64,000 nt of DNA, taken from positions 1,216,001 to 1,280,000 of the forward strand of contig OZ253555.1 in the NCBI GenBank assembly GCA_965262725.1, given 5' to 3'. Origin of the DNA: Dehalococcoidia bacterium. GTDB lineage: Bacteria > Chloroflexota > Dehalococcoidia > UBA2979. The notes under the pieces are model-generated. The model was not told the DNA's origin and did not search any database. It worked only from the letters and a program-made list of their open reading frames with translations. Both the position numbers and the translations under genes were made by a program. Below are positions 29,526 to 38,254 of the stretch, piece by piece. The stretch's first letter is position 1, and every line of letters starts with the position of its first letter.

Positions 29526-30959
29526 CTAGACGCCCCGCTTCCGTCGATCCTCGAAGCGACGCGGCTTCGACTCGATACCGAAACGCGTCAGCTCCTGCAG
29601 CTCGCCCGGCCCTCGGACGTCGACGGCGATCGAGACGGAGAGCTGCGCCCGCAGCGCGTCGGCGACGTCCGAGGCGATCGCCTCGCGTTGCGACGGGTCG
29701 ACGTGCTGCGCGCTCTCGACGTAGAGCGTCATCTGGTCGCGGCCCTCCACGCGATCGGCGATGCAGAAGAACTCGCTCCCCACGCGCTCGTCGCGGCGCG
29801 CCACGTCCCCGCAGGCCTCGGGCCAGACGTTGACGCCGCGAAGCTTCACCATCGTGTCGGCGCGCCCCTGCAGGAAGTCGATGCGGGTGAGCTCTGAGCC
29901 GCATTCGCAGCGCTCGCGGGCAAGCACGCGGGTCGTGTCTTTGGTGTCGTAGCGCACGACCGGGACGCCGGTCTTGTAGAGCGCCGTCGTGACGATGGAA
30001 CCCACCTCCCCGTCGGGGACGGGTTCACCTGTCTCGATGTCGACGACGTCGATGACGAAGGCGTCCTCCCAGAGGTGCATGCCGGCGCGAGCGGGGCACT
30101 CCGACGCCATCACCTGCGTCTCGTGCATGCCGTAGTTCTCGAGCGCCGGGACGCCCCACTCCTCCTCCACCAGCCGCGGGTTGCCGCCCATAGTAGAGAT
30201 GTGGGCGAGTTTCAGGTCGCGGCCGATCTCGAGCCCCATCTCTCTCGCGGTGTGGGCGAGCTGGATCACGTAGTCCTGGAAGCCGACGAGTCCGCGCACG
30301 TTCCAGTCGCGCATGATCTCGATCTGGCGCGTGCTCCTGGTCACGATGCCGGCGCTCGTCGTGACCGGCACGCAGCCCAACCACTGGTAGAGGGCCTCGT
30401 CGACGATGAACGGGCCGTTGTGCGTCGAGTAGAGCATCGTGTTCTGCACGGCGTCACCGGGCCGAAAGCCTGCGAGGTAAAAGGCGCGCTGCCTCAGGAT
30501 CGCCCCGACCTGCCGGTCGCGCAGCGTGTAGAGAGTGGGGCGGGGGCGCCCCGTTGTACCCCCGGACGTGTGGATGCGCACGGGCCCGGCGTCGGCGGTG
30601 TCTTCGAAGCGAACGCCCTGATAGGTGCCGAAGGGCGGCGTTCCCTCGATGCTCCGCCTGAGGTCGTCCACGACGTACGTCGGGAGCGCGCGCAGATCAT
30701 CGAGCGTGCGCACCTCTTCTGGACCCCGTACCCCGGCCGCCTGCCAGCGCTCGCGGTAGAACTCGGTGCCCCAGGCGTGGCTGACGCACTTCGCGATGCG
30801 CTCAGTCTGCAGTCGTCGCACCTCGTCCGGGGGGAGCAAATACGTGCCGTCGAAGAAGGCCGGCGCCGGCTCGTACTCGCGGACCGTCCCCTCCCAGTCG
30901 AGGGAGGAGTAGAGATACGGCACGCGCACGCCGGCCGTGTCGATCAGCGAGTTGCCCAC
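29526..30959 (-). CDS. phenylacetate-CoA ligase (PaaK)-like AMP-forming ligase
   Basis: FYRERWQAAGV, HTSGGTTGRP, NYGMHE, MHLWEDAF, VVRYDTKD, GRADTMVKLRGVNVWP. Confidence 0.88.
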   Translation of the reverse strand: MGNSLIDTAGVRVPYLYSSLDWEGTVREYEPAPAFFDGTYLLPPDEVRRLQTERIAKCVSHAWGTEFYRERWQAAGVRGPEEVRTLDDLRALPTYVVDDLRRSIEGTPPFGTYQGVRFEDTADAGPVRIHTSGGTTGRPRPTLYTLRDRQVGAILRQRAFYLAGFRPGDAVQNTMLYSTHNGPFIVDEALYQWLGCVPVTTSAGIVTRSTRQIEIMRDWNVRGLVGFQDYVIQLAHTAREMGLEIGRDLKLAHISTMGGNPRLVEEEWGVPALENYGMHETQVMASECPARAGMHLWEDAFVIDVVDIETGEPVPDGEVGSIVTTALYKTGVPVVRYDTKDTTRVLARERCECGSELTRIDFLQGRADTMVKLRGVNVWPEACGDVARRDERVGSEFFCIADRVEGRDQMTLYVESAQHVDPSQREAIASDVADALRAQLSVSIAVDVRGPGELQELTRFGIESKPRRFEDRRKRGV

Positions 30960-31000
30960 GCCACCTCCGCCTCCCCTCCCCGGCGTCGTCGGACCTGCGC

Positions 31001-32227
31001 CTACGGCGCGCTCAGCCGGTCCGGAAGGTAGATTCCGCGGGTCGCCGGCTCATACGGGCCGGCGCCGCTCTTCTTCGGGATGACGCGAATGAGGTCGCGG
31101 CCCGCCTCGATCTTCGCGTCGAAGGCGTCCCGCAGGAAGTCCGCCATGTAGTAGTAGACATCCTCGCCGCCGAGCCCCTCGATCGCGGGGGGCGAGTGGA
31201 AGTCGTCCTCGAGCACCCACATCTCGCGCGGGCCCTGAATCTCCTCCCAGATCGGGATCGCCTCGTCGAGCGGACAGAGCGGATCGTACTCGCCGATCAC
31301 GGTGAGGGAGGGGCAGGTGATGCCGGCGGCGCGTCCCTCCATCGTCATTCTCACGGCCATGTCGTCGAAACGGTCCTCGTCGTGGGTGCCGGCCATGTAC
31401 ATGAACATCTGCTTGAACCGCGGCGAATCTTCCTCGAAGATCGCCCGCTTCGCCGAGAAGCACGCCGAGGCCGTCGCGACCGCGGCGACGCGCCCGTCGT
31501 GGGCCGCGATGCGCATGCCCCAGAACGACCCCATTGAGATCCCCGAGATGCCAATCCGGCCGGCGTCGACCTCCGGCTGTTCCACGAGCCAGTCGATAAC
31601 CGCTGAGCCGGCTCGCTCGTAGTTGTCGTCGGTCACGCGGATCTTCCGCATGTTGCTGGTGCCCTGGCCGGGCCCGTCCATCGCAAGCACGTTCATTCCA
31701 CGCTGCACGAAGGGGTTGCGGGTCGGCCGCGGGAAGGTCTCCTTGGTCTGATCCATTCCCGGGACCTCGATGACGGTCGGGGCGTTCGCCTCCCCGGTCA
31801 TGTGGAAGAGGCACTGGATCTGCCGACCCTCGAAGGGCACCTCGACCAGCCGGATCGGGTAGGGGGCGAACTCGATCACCTTCTCGTAGCACTCGAGCAG
31901 CTTCCCGTGCAGGTAGATCTTGTCGGGGTGATCGTCCCAGTAGAGCGGGTGCTGGGCGTCGCGGTAGAGATCGGCGGCGCGCCAGTAGTGCTCGAAGGCC
32001 GTCTCGCGGTGTCCCGCGGCCTCGGCGCCGTGGGCGACCTGCTCCACGTGGCGCGCGTAGCGCTCGATGACCTTGGGAATCTGGCGGTAGGTCTTGACCT
32101 CGGGCGGATGCTGGCGCGTGTCGTAGGCGAAGTTCTGGACGCGCCCAGTCGTCTTCGCCATCCAGTCGAGCAACCACTGCTGTCCGTCGCGGCGCCGCTC
32201 CTTGCGCGACACATCGGTGGGTCTCAT
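31001..32227 (-). CDS. alpha/beta hydrolase, 2,6-dihydroxypseudooxynicotine hydrolase/FrsA-like
   Basis: N-terminal helical region (HRETAFEHYWRAA), PGMDQTKE, MDGPGQG, GISMGSFW elbow, GEYDPLCP. Confidence 0.8.
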   Translation of the reverse strand: MRPTDVSRKERRRDGQQWLLDWMAKTTGRVQNFAYDTRQHPPEVKTYRQIPKVIERYARHVEQVAHGAEAAGHRETAFEHYWRAADLYRDAQHPLYWDDHPDKIYLHGKLLECYEKVIEFAPYPIRLVEVPFEGRQIQCLFHMTGEANAPTVIEVPGMDQTKETFPRPTRNPFVQRGMNVLAMDGPGQGTSNMRKIRVTDDNYERAGSAVIDWLVEQPEVDAGRIGISGISMGSFWGMRIAAHDGRVAAVATASACFSAKRAIFEEDSPRFKQMFMYMAGTHDEDRFDDMAVRMTMEGRAAGITCPSLTVIGEYDPLCPLDEAIPIWEEIQGPREMWVLEDDFHSPPAIEGLGGEDVYYYMADFLRDAFDAKIEAGRDLIRVIPKKSGAGPYEPATRGIYLPDRLSAP

Positions 32228-32387
32228 CCGCCGCTTCCCTCCCGCCGGCCGCTCCGCTGATGCCCCCAGCCCCCGCGTGCCGGCCGGGCGGAGCCTGCGC
32301 TGCGCGCAGGCGTGCCCCCGGGTGTCGACGCTAGAATGGGCGCTCCGGCTGGGCGCCACTCTGCCACAGCCGCTCGAAAGGAGCACG

Positions 32388-33302
32388 ATGTCGCTCTCCG
32401 ACGTCAAGCCCATCGACGTTCACATCCACCCGTTCACGGTGGAGACGCGTCTCGGTCACGGACCGTCCTACACCGAAGCCCACGACGGGTATTTCGGCCG
32501 CTCGGAGGAGGCACCACACCACGGCCGCCTCGATATCCCGATCGACGTGAGCTACGAGACCTTCAGGGAGGCGGGCGTGGAGCGCGCGGTGCTGGTGAAC
32601 ATGGTCTCATACCACCGCTGGGGCCGCGCCCTTCCCAACGACTACATCGCCGAGTACTGCCGACGCCACCCCGACATGTTCCTCGGCTTGGGCGGCGTCG
32701 ACCCGCACATGGGTGCGAAGAACGCGGTCGGCGAGCTCGAGCGCTGCATGAACGAGCTGGGGCTGCTCGGCTTGAAGTTCCACCCGGCGTACCAAGAGGT
32801 CGATCCGGCCGACCGCGCCCTGATGTATCCGATCCTGGAGGCCTGCGAGGCGATGGACGCAACGGTCCTGATCCACACCGGGACGACGCGCATGACCTAC
32901 AGCAAGATCCGGACGTGCAACCCGATCTCAATCGACGACGTTGCGACGGATTTCCCGAATCTGCGCCTGATCATGACGCACTTCGGATGGCCCTGGACCG
33001 CGGAGGCGCTCGCCGTCATATGGCGGCACGAGAACGTCTACCTCGACCTCTCGGGGTGGCTGCCGCGGTACGTCTACCAGGCGGAGCCGATCGTCTTCCA
33101 GTACATGAACACGGTGCTGCAGGACAAGTTCGTCTTCGGCTCCGACTACCCGGCGATCGACCCGAAGGTCTGGCTGGACGACTTCGACGCCATCGTCGAG
33201 CAGGGCTATGTCTGGGGCGGGGAGCGGCGGGAGTTCCGCCCCGAGGTCTACGAGAAGTTCGTGCGCACGAACGCGCTGCGCGCGCTGAAGCTAGATCTCT
33301 AG
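32388..33302 (+). CDS. amidohydrolase family 2 metal-dependent hydrolase
   Basis: IDVHIH, GLKFHP, LIHTG, MTHFGWPW, NVYLDLSG, FGSDYP; AAGGAG RBS and upstream TAGAAT. Confidence 0.9.
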   Translation: MSLSDVKPIDVHIHPFTVETRLGHGPSYTEAHDGYFGRSEEAPHHGRLDIPIDVSYETFREAGVERAVLVNMVSYHRWGRALPNDYIAEYCRRHPDMFLGLGGVDPHMGAKNAVGELERCMNELGLLGLKFHPAYQEVDPADRALMYPILEACEAMDATVLIHTGTTRMTYSKIRTCNPISIDDVATDFPNLRLIMTHFGWPWTAEALAVIWRHENVYLDLSGWLPRYVYQAEPIVFQYMNTVLQDKFVFGSDYPAIDPKVWLDDFDAIVEQGYVWGGERREFRPEVYEKFVRTNALRALKLDL

Positions 33303-33331
33303 CTCACCGGGCGGCCGGAGGGGGGTGGCAG

Positions 33332-34150
33332 ATGGCGATGGAGCAGGCCGTGGCCGGCACGCCCGACGGAGGCCGTGAGAGGCCGCTCTCGACCGTGGAG
33401 CGTGCCATGGGCACCTACTCGGCGTACGGGTGGCGGGCGCGCATCGGAATCATCGTTCCGCCCGGCAACACGTCGAACGAGGCCGAGTTCAACCTGATGG
33501 CACCCGAGGGCGTCTCCGTCCACGCGGCGCGCTCCCCCGCCTTCCACGACGTGGAGCGTGCCCCGGAGATGCTCGACTGCCTGCGCGACGGCGTCGCACA
33601 GATCGGCGGAGGCTCGCGCTTCGACGTCGTCGCGCTCGGGTGCACGACGAGCTCGATGCTCCTCCCGGTCGAGGAGCTCGATCGGAAGATGTCCGAGATC
33701 GTGGGAGGCGCGACGCCGACTACCTCGGCCGGGGGGGCCGTCGTCCGCGCCCTGCGCGCGCTGGGAGCCCGTCGCATCGGCGTTGCCACGCCGTATCCCG
33801 AGTCGCGCAACGTGCTGGCGCGCAGCTTCCTCGCGAGCGAGGGCTTCGACGTCCTCACCCTCGAGGCGTTGGGGATCGGGGAGGAGGCATGGCAGATGCA
33901 GGGCGGCTTCCTCGCCCGCATCCCGCCGGAGGTCGCCTACCGCCTGGCGCGGCAGGCGGATCGCGAGGAGGCGGACGCCCTCCTCATCAGCTGTACCGAC
34001 CTGCCAACGCTCGCGATCGTCTCGCGGCTGGAGGAGGCGCTGGGCAAGCCCGTGGTCACCAGCAACACCGCGATGTTCTGGGACTGCATGCGCCGCGCGG
34101 GGCTGAACGAGCGCACGGACGGTTTCGGGACGCTCCTTGCCGAGCACTAG
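33332..34150 (+). CDS. maleate cis-trans isomerase/Asp-Glu racemase family protein
   Basis: GWRARIGIIVPPGN, LGCTTSS and ISCTDLPT catalytic Cys pair, IGVATPY, LGKPVVTSN. Confidence 0.88.
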   Translation: MAMEQAVAGTPDGGRERPLSTVERAMGTYSAYGWRARIGIIVPPGNTSNEAEFNLMAPEGVSVHAARSPAFHDVERAPEMLDCLRDGVAQIGGGSRFDVVALGCTTSSMLLPVEELDRKMSEIVGGATPTTSAGGAVVRALRALGARRIGVATPYPESRNVLARSFLASEGFDVLTLEALGIGEEAWQMQGGFLARIPPEVAYRLARQADREEADALLISCTDLPTLAIVSRLEEALGKPVVTSNTAMFWDCMRRAGLNERTDGFGTLLAEH

Positions 34151-34196
34151 ACCGGTGGCCACCCACGCCGCCGGAGGGGACCGATAGGGGGCGATC

Positions 34197-35624
34197 GTGA
34201 CCGACGAAGCCAGCGGCCCGACGCTCAGCCAGCGTCTCGGCGCGTTCGCCGCCGCGCTCGGTCCCGGCGACCTTCCCGCAGCCGTCGCCGACAAGGTGAA
34301 GGCGCTGCTCCTGCACGCGTTGGTGGTCGGGCTGGCCAGCCATGCCGAGAGCGATGTCTCCCTCGCGCGTCGCGTCGCGCTGGCGGGCGGCCAGCCGCTC
34401 GCGGCCGGGGGCGCGCGGATGCTCGCGAGCGGCGACCGCGCCGGCCGCCGGGACGCGGCCTTCGTCAACTCGGTCCTGATCCACGCCCGCGGTCAGGACG
34501 ATTCCTACCGCATGCTCACGCACCCCGGGTGCGCCATCGTCCCGGCGGCGCTCGCGGAGGCAGAGGGGCGGGGCGTCGACGGCGCCGGCCTGCTCGCGGC
34601 GCTGGCGGCGGCTTACGAGGTCCATTGCCGCCTCGCCCGCGACCTCGTCCCCTCCACCCAGAATCACGGCTTCCGCTCCTCGGCGCTCTTCGGAGTCTTC
34701 GGTCCCGCCGTTGCGGCGTCCCGGCTTCGGGGTCTCACAGCGGAGCAGACGGCGGACGCGATTGCCCTCGCGGTGAGCTACGCGTTCGGCAACCTGGAGA
34801 CGAGTCGGGCGGGCACTCGCGAGATGACCTTCCAGGAGCCCGTGGCGGCCCAGTCGGGGATGACCGCCGCAGCGCTGGCGGCTGAAGGCGTGACGGGCGC
34901 CCCGCACTGCATCGAGGGTGCCGTCGGCTTCCTTTACTCCTTCGCCGGCAGCGCGGAGGGCGCGCTCACGGGCAGCTTCGTCGGCACCGAGCGCGTCGAC
35001 GTGCCGGAGATCGGTGCCGATCTCGGGGAACGCTGGGAGCTCCTCGGCGCGACCATGAAGATCTACTCGGGCGCAGGCTTCGTCCAACCCGTCATCGATC
35101 TCTGCGCGCGGCTCGGTCGCGAGCATCAGATCGACCACGCGCAGGTTCGCGAGATCCGCGTCGAGATGAATGAGTGGGAGACCTACTACCCGTCGCCGCG
35201 CTTCCCGCGCCCCGCGACCGATGAGTGGAACAACGCCTACTTCGCCGCGAAGGCGCTGATCCAGCGCGGCTACGCCTCCACGGGCAGACGCCTCTCGTAC
35301 GGCGGCCGCGACGCGGCGGCCGCGGACGAGCCGCCGGAGGTGGAGGCGCTCTCGCGTCGGGTGCGCGCGTTCGCGGCCGATCGGGGGCAGTACTCTCCGC
35401 GCGTCACGGTGGAGCTCAACGACGGGACGACGCACGTCGCCGAGGCGGACGGGACGGAGTTCGCCTGGGATCTCGCGACCACGCGCGAGCGCGACCGGGC
35501 GCTCTACGAGGCGCTCCCGTTTCCCGAAGCGCACGCGGAGCGGCTCGCCCGCGCGGTCGAGTCCCTCGAGTCGCTCGCCTCGGTCGACGAGCTTGTCGAC
35601 CTCTGCGTCGCGCGGCCGTCGTAG
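34197..35624 (+). CDS. MmgE/PrpD family protein
   Basis: AAFVNSVLIHARGQDD, HPGCAIVPAALA, AAYEV, AAEGVTG..HCIEG..GF. Confidence 0.85.
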   Translation: MTDEASGPTLSQRLGAFAAALGPGDLPAAVADKVKALLLHALVVGLASHAESDVSLARRVALAGGQPLAAGGARMLASGDRAGRRDAAFVNSVLIHARGQDDSYRMLTHPGCAIVPAALAEAEGRGVDGAGLLAALAAAYEVHCRLARDLVPSTQNHGFRSSALFGVFGPAVAASRLRGLTAEQTADAIALAVSYAFGNLETSRAGTREMTFQEPVAAQSGMTAAALAAEGVTGAPHCIEGAVGFLYSFAGSAEGALTGSFVGTERVDVPEIGADLGERWELLGATMKIYSGAGFVQPVIDLCARLGREHQIDHAQVREIRVEMNEWETYYPSPRFPRPATDEWNNAYFAAKALIQRGYASTGRRLSYGGRDAAAADEPPEVEALSRRVRAFAADRGQYSPRVTVELNDGTTHVAEADGTEFAWDLATTRERDRALYEALPFPEAHAERLARAVESLESLASVDELVDLCVARPS

Positions 35625-35628
35625 CCGC

Positions 35629-36573
35629 CTACGAAGGCAGCGTGTCCAGGACCGCCGCGATCTCCTGGGCTCGCCGCACGAAGTCGTAGCCGGCCACCTT
35701 GTAGACGACCATGCCCGCCTCCATGATCACGAGCCCCTCGGCCTCGCGTACCTGCGCCAGGGTCGCCCCGTTCACCATCGCGGCGCGCAGGTGCGCCTCG
35801 CCGCCCCAGGGGTTGTTCAGGATGGTGTCGCTGACGACGGCGTTCAGCTCCTTCACGATCTTCGGGGTATGGCCGCCCTCCTCCGGGCGGCGCATCGTGT
35901 AGCGCCTCAGGAGGTAGTAGCCCTCCAGCAGTCCGCCGCTCTCGCGGCCGAGTGCGGCCCAGAACTCTGGCATGGGAGCGTTGAAGCTGCGCTCGAAGTA
36001 GGCGTGGATCGCCGGCATGGCGTCGCCCGTAGGCGGTTCCCGCGCGGGCTGCTCACCCGGCGGCTGCTCTCCCTGTGGCAGCCCGGCGTCGGCCCAGCTC
36101 GCCGGGATCTTGACCATCGGCATCGGCTCGGGGTCCGGCTCATAGTTGCCCGATTCGATCACCTCGCGCGCTGCGCGGATGCAGCGCTGGCCGATCTCCC
36201 GGAAGGTCGACATCCCCTGCCCCGTGATGTTGAAGCCGATCACCTCGAGCAGCTCCTCAAGCATCAGTCCCCAGCGCGCGCCGACGCGTGACCACCACTC
36301 GGCAGCCTCGCCGTTGCGGGCGGTCATCGCGATCGAGGCGCAGAGGAGGGCCTTGTAGCGGCGCGGCAGTGCCCCACCCTGAGAGGGGTCGCGCATCAGC
36401 TCGCGCCACATGCGGTCGTGGCCCTGGAGCGAAGAGGGAGCGACCTCCGCCAGCAGGGCGAGATGGGGCGGAAGTTCGCCGACCTCCGCACGGAAACGCT
36501 CCACGATCTCCTCGATCGACCGTTCGTCGACGATGGGCGGCGGGCTCGATGCGCTCTCGGCAGCGGTGCTCAT
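35629..36573 (-). CDS. two-domain carboxymuconolactone decarboxylase (CMD/AhpD-like) family protein
   Basis: Two CMD-like repeats (GALPRRYKALL...GLMLEELLEV and TPKIVKEL...HLRAAMVNGATLAQVREA); AAGGAGG RBS and TAGAAT -10 at 36612-36617. Confidence 0.8.
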   Translation of the reverse strand: MSTAAESASSPPPIVDERSIEEIVERFRAEVGELPPHLALLAEVAPSSLQGHDRMWRELMRDPSQGGALPRRYKALLCASIAMTARNGEAAEWWSRVGARWGLMLEELLEVIGFNITGQGMSTFREIGQRCIRAAREVIESGNYEPDPEPMPMVKIPASWADAGLPQGEQPPGEQPAREPPTGDAMPAIHAYFERSFNAPMPEFWAALGRESGGLLEGYYLLRRYTMRRPEEGGHTPKIVKELNAVVSDTILNNPWGGEAHLRAAMVNGATLAQVREAEGLVIMEAGMVVYKVAGYDFVRRAQEIAAVLDTLPS

Positions 36574-37121
36574 CTCGTTCCTCCTTCGGCCGGCGCGATA
36601 CTGGCGGCCGCATTCTACGGCGTTCGTCCGCCGGGAAGGGGACCTCTCGCGGTGGTGGGAGCCGGGCTCGGAGGCACGTCGTTCCCCTCGCGCGGCGGGT
36701 GCTGGTGGCGGTGCCTCACTCTCTCTCGGTATCCGGCTGAGGGGCCCCGCGGAGTTTCACGCTCGCCTGCCTTCGCACCCGGGAGCGAGCGGCGACGCGT
36801 GTCGAACTCACGGAGGGCGGACGAGTGGATGCAGGCCTCGGCGCGCGCGCGACGGCCACCAGCTCGTGAGCAGCACCGAGCGCCATCCTCGCGCAGGCGG
36901 GATCGGCACGGCCGAAGTGATCGAGGCGGCGCGCGACCCAGAAGGCGCGTACGGTCGGCCCAGCCGCTGGGTAGGTGCGAGGACGTCAACAGCAGCACCG
37001 GAGCAGGTGAATCGTGCACGTCGCCGGGGGACGGTGTCAGGAGGATCGGCAGCGGGCTGCTCTCCGTCTCGACACGACATAATCGACACGCACAACACAT
37101 CGCCGTGCTACGTTACGGCGC

Positions 37122-38075
37122 ATGACGAGAGGTGTGGTCGGCGTCAATATCGCGGCGGGCAGCGCGCGCGCGGCGGTCGAGCAGATCGCGGACGCGGAGC
37201 GTGCCGGGATACCGGCGACGTGGGGCACGATCGGCATGGCCGGCGGACACGATCCGATCGCGGCCTTCGCGGCGGCTGCGGTGCAGACCGAGTCAGTGCT
37301 CATGGGCACCTGCATCATCCAGACGTGGCCCCGGCATCCGCTCGTCATCGCGCAGCAGGCGCTGGCGCTCGAGTCGCTGGCGCCGGGGCGCTTTCGCCTC
37401 GGCATCGGGCCGGCACACCAACCGGCGATGGAGTCCTCGTACGGCGTCACGTGGCGCAAGCCGCTCACGCAGTTGCGTGAGTACCTCACGGTGATCCGCT
37501 CGCTGTTCGACGAGGGCGAGGTCGACTTCCAGGGCGAGCACGTCGTGGCACGCGCGAAGCTCCGTGGGCCGGTGGCGGCGCCGGTGATGGCGTCTGCGCT
37601 GCGCCCGAAGTCCTTCGAGCTCTGCGGTGAGCTCGCCGACGGCGCGATCTCGTGGATGTGCCCGCGGGCCTACCTCGTAGAGCAGGCGCTCCCGGCTCTC
37701 GAGCGCGGTGCGAAGGCCGCCGGCCGTGCGGCTCCGCCCCTGGTCGCGCACGTGCCGGTGATGGTCGAGTCGGATCGGGAGAAGGCGCGCGCCGCCGTTC
37801 GGGGGTCGCTCGGGTACTACGCTCAGAGCGCGAACTACCGCGGCATGTTCGAGGTGGCGGGTTTCCCCATCGCCGAGACCTACTCCGACGACCTTCTCGA
37901 CGACCTCGCCATCTCGGGAAGCGCCGACGAGGTCGCGGCGGGACTCGTGAGCCTGCTGGATGCGGGCATGGGCGAGGTGCTCGCCCACCCGGTCATCGAC
38001 CGTGACGATCGCTCCGGCTCTCTCGACCGCGCCTTCCAGGCGATCGCGCTCGCCGCTCAGCAGGTCGAGGGCTAA
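37122..38075 (+). CDS. LLM class flavin-dependent (possibly F420-dependent) oxidoreductase
   Basis: MGTCIIQTWPRHP, GRFRLGIGPAH, LREYL, SALRPKSFELCGELADG; extended -10 TGcTACGTT 7 nt upstream of the ATG. Confidence 0.9.
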   Translation: MTRGVVGVNIAAGSARAAVEQIADAERAGIPATWGTIGMAGGHDPIAAFAAAAVQTESVLMGTCIIQTWPRHPLVIAQQALALESLAPGRFRLGIGPAHQPAMESSYGVTWRKPLTQLREYLTVIRSLFDEGEVDFQGEHVVARAKLRGPVAAPVMASALRPKSFELCGELADGAISWMCPRAYLVEQALPALERGAKAAGRAAPPLVAHVPVMVESDREKARAAVRGSLGYYAQSANYRGMFEVAGFPIAETYSDDLLDDLAISGSADEVAAGLVSLLDAGMGEVLAHPVIDRDDRSGSLDRAFQAIALAAQQVEG

Positions 38076-38254
38076 CAGACCCTTTCGCCCCGTCGCTCGG
38101 CTCGAAGTGATCCACCGCGGCTCTCGCGTGGAGCGGGGCATCCCGCAGAGAGAGCAGGGCGCGCTCCCCGAGGTGCGCGCCCGTCCTTGCTGACCGTCGT
38201 CTCGTCAGCGCCCGGCGATGTCTCAGCGGACGGAGGCCGGACGGGCCGCCGCTG

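Noticed and set aside
36615-37100. 161-aa Cys-rich minus-strand ORF
   Set aside because: Arg/Pro/Ser-rich composition, no RBS or recognisable motif; probably spurious.
38156-38183. GC hairpin (GGGCGCGC...GCGCGCCC) between convergent genes as a terminator
   Set aside because: No U-tract on either strand, and such stems arise readily at this GC content.
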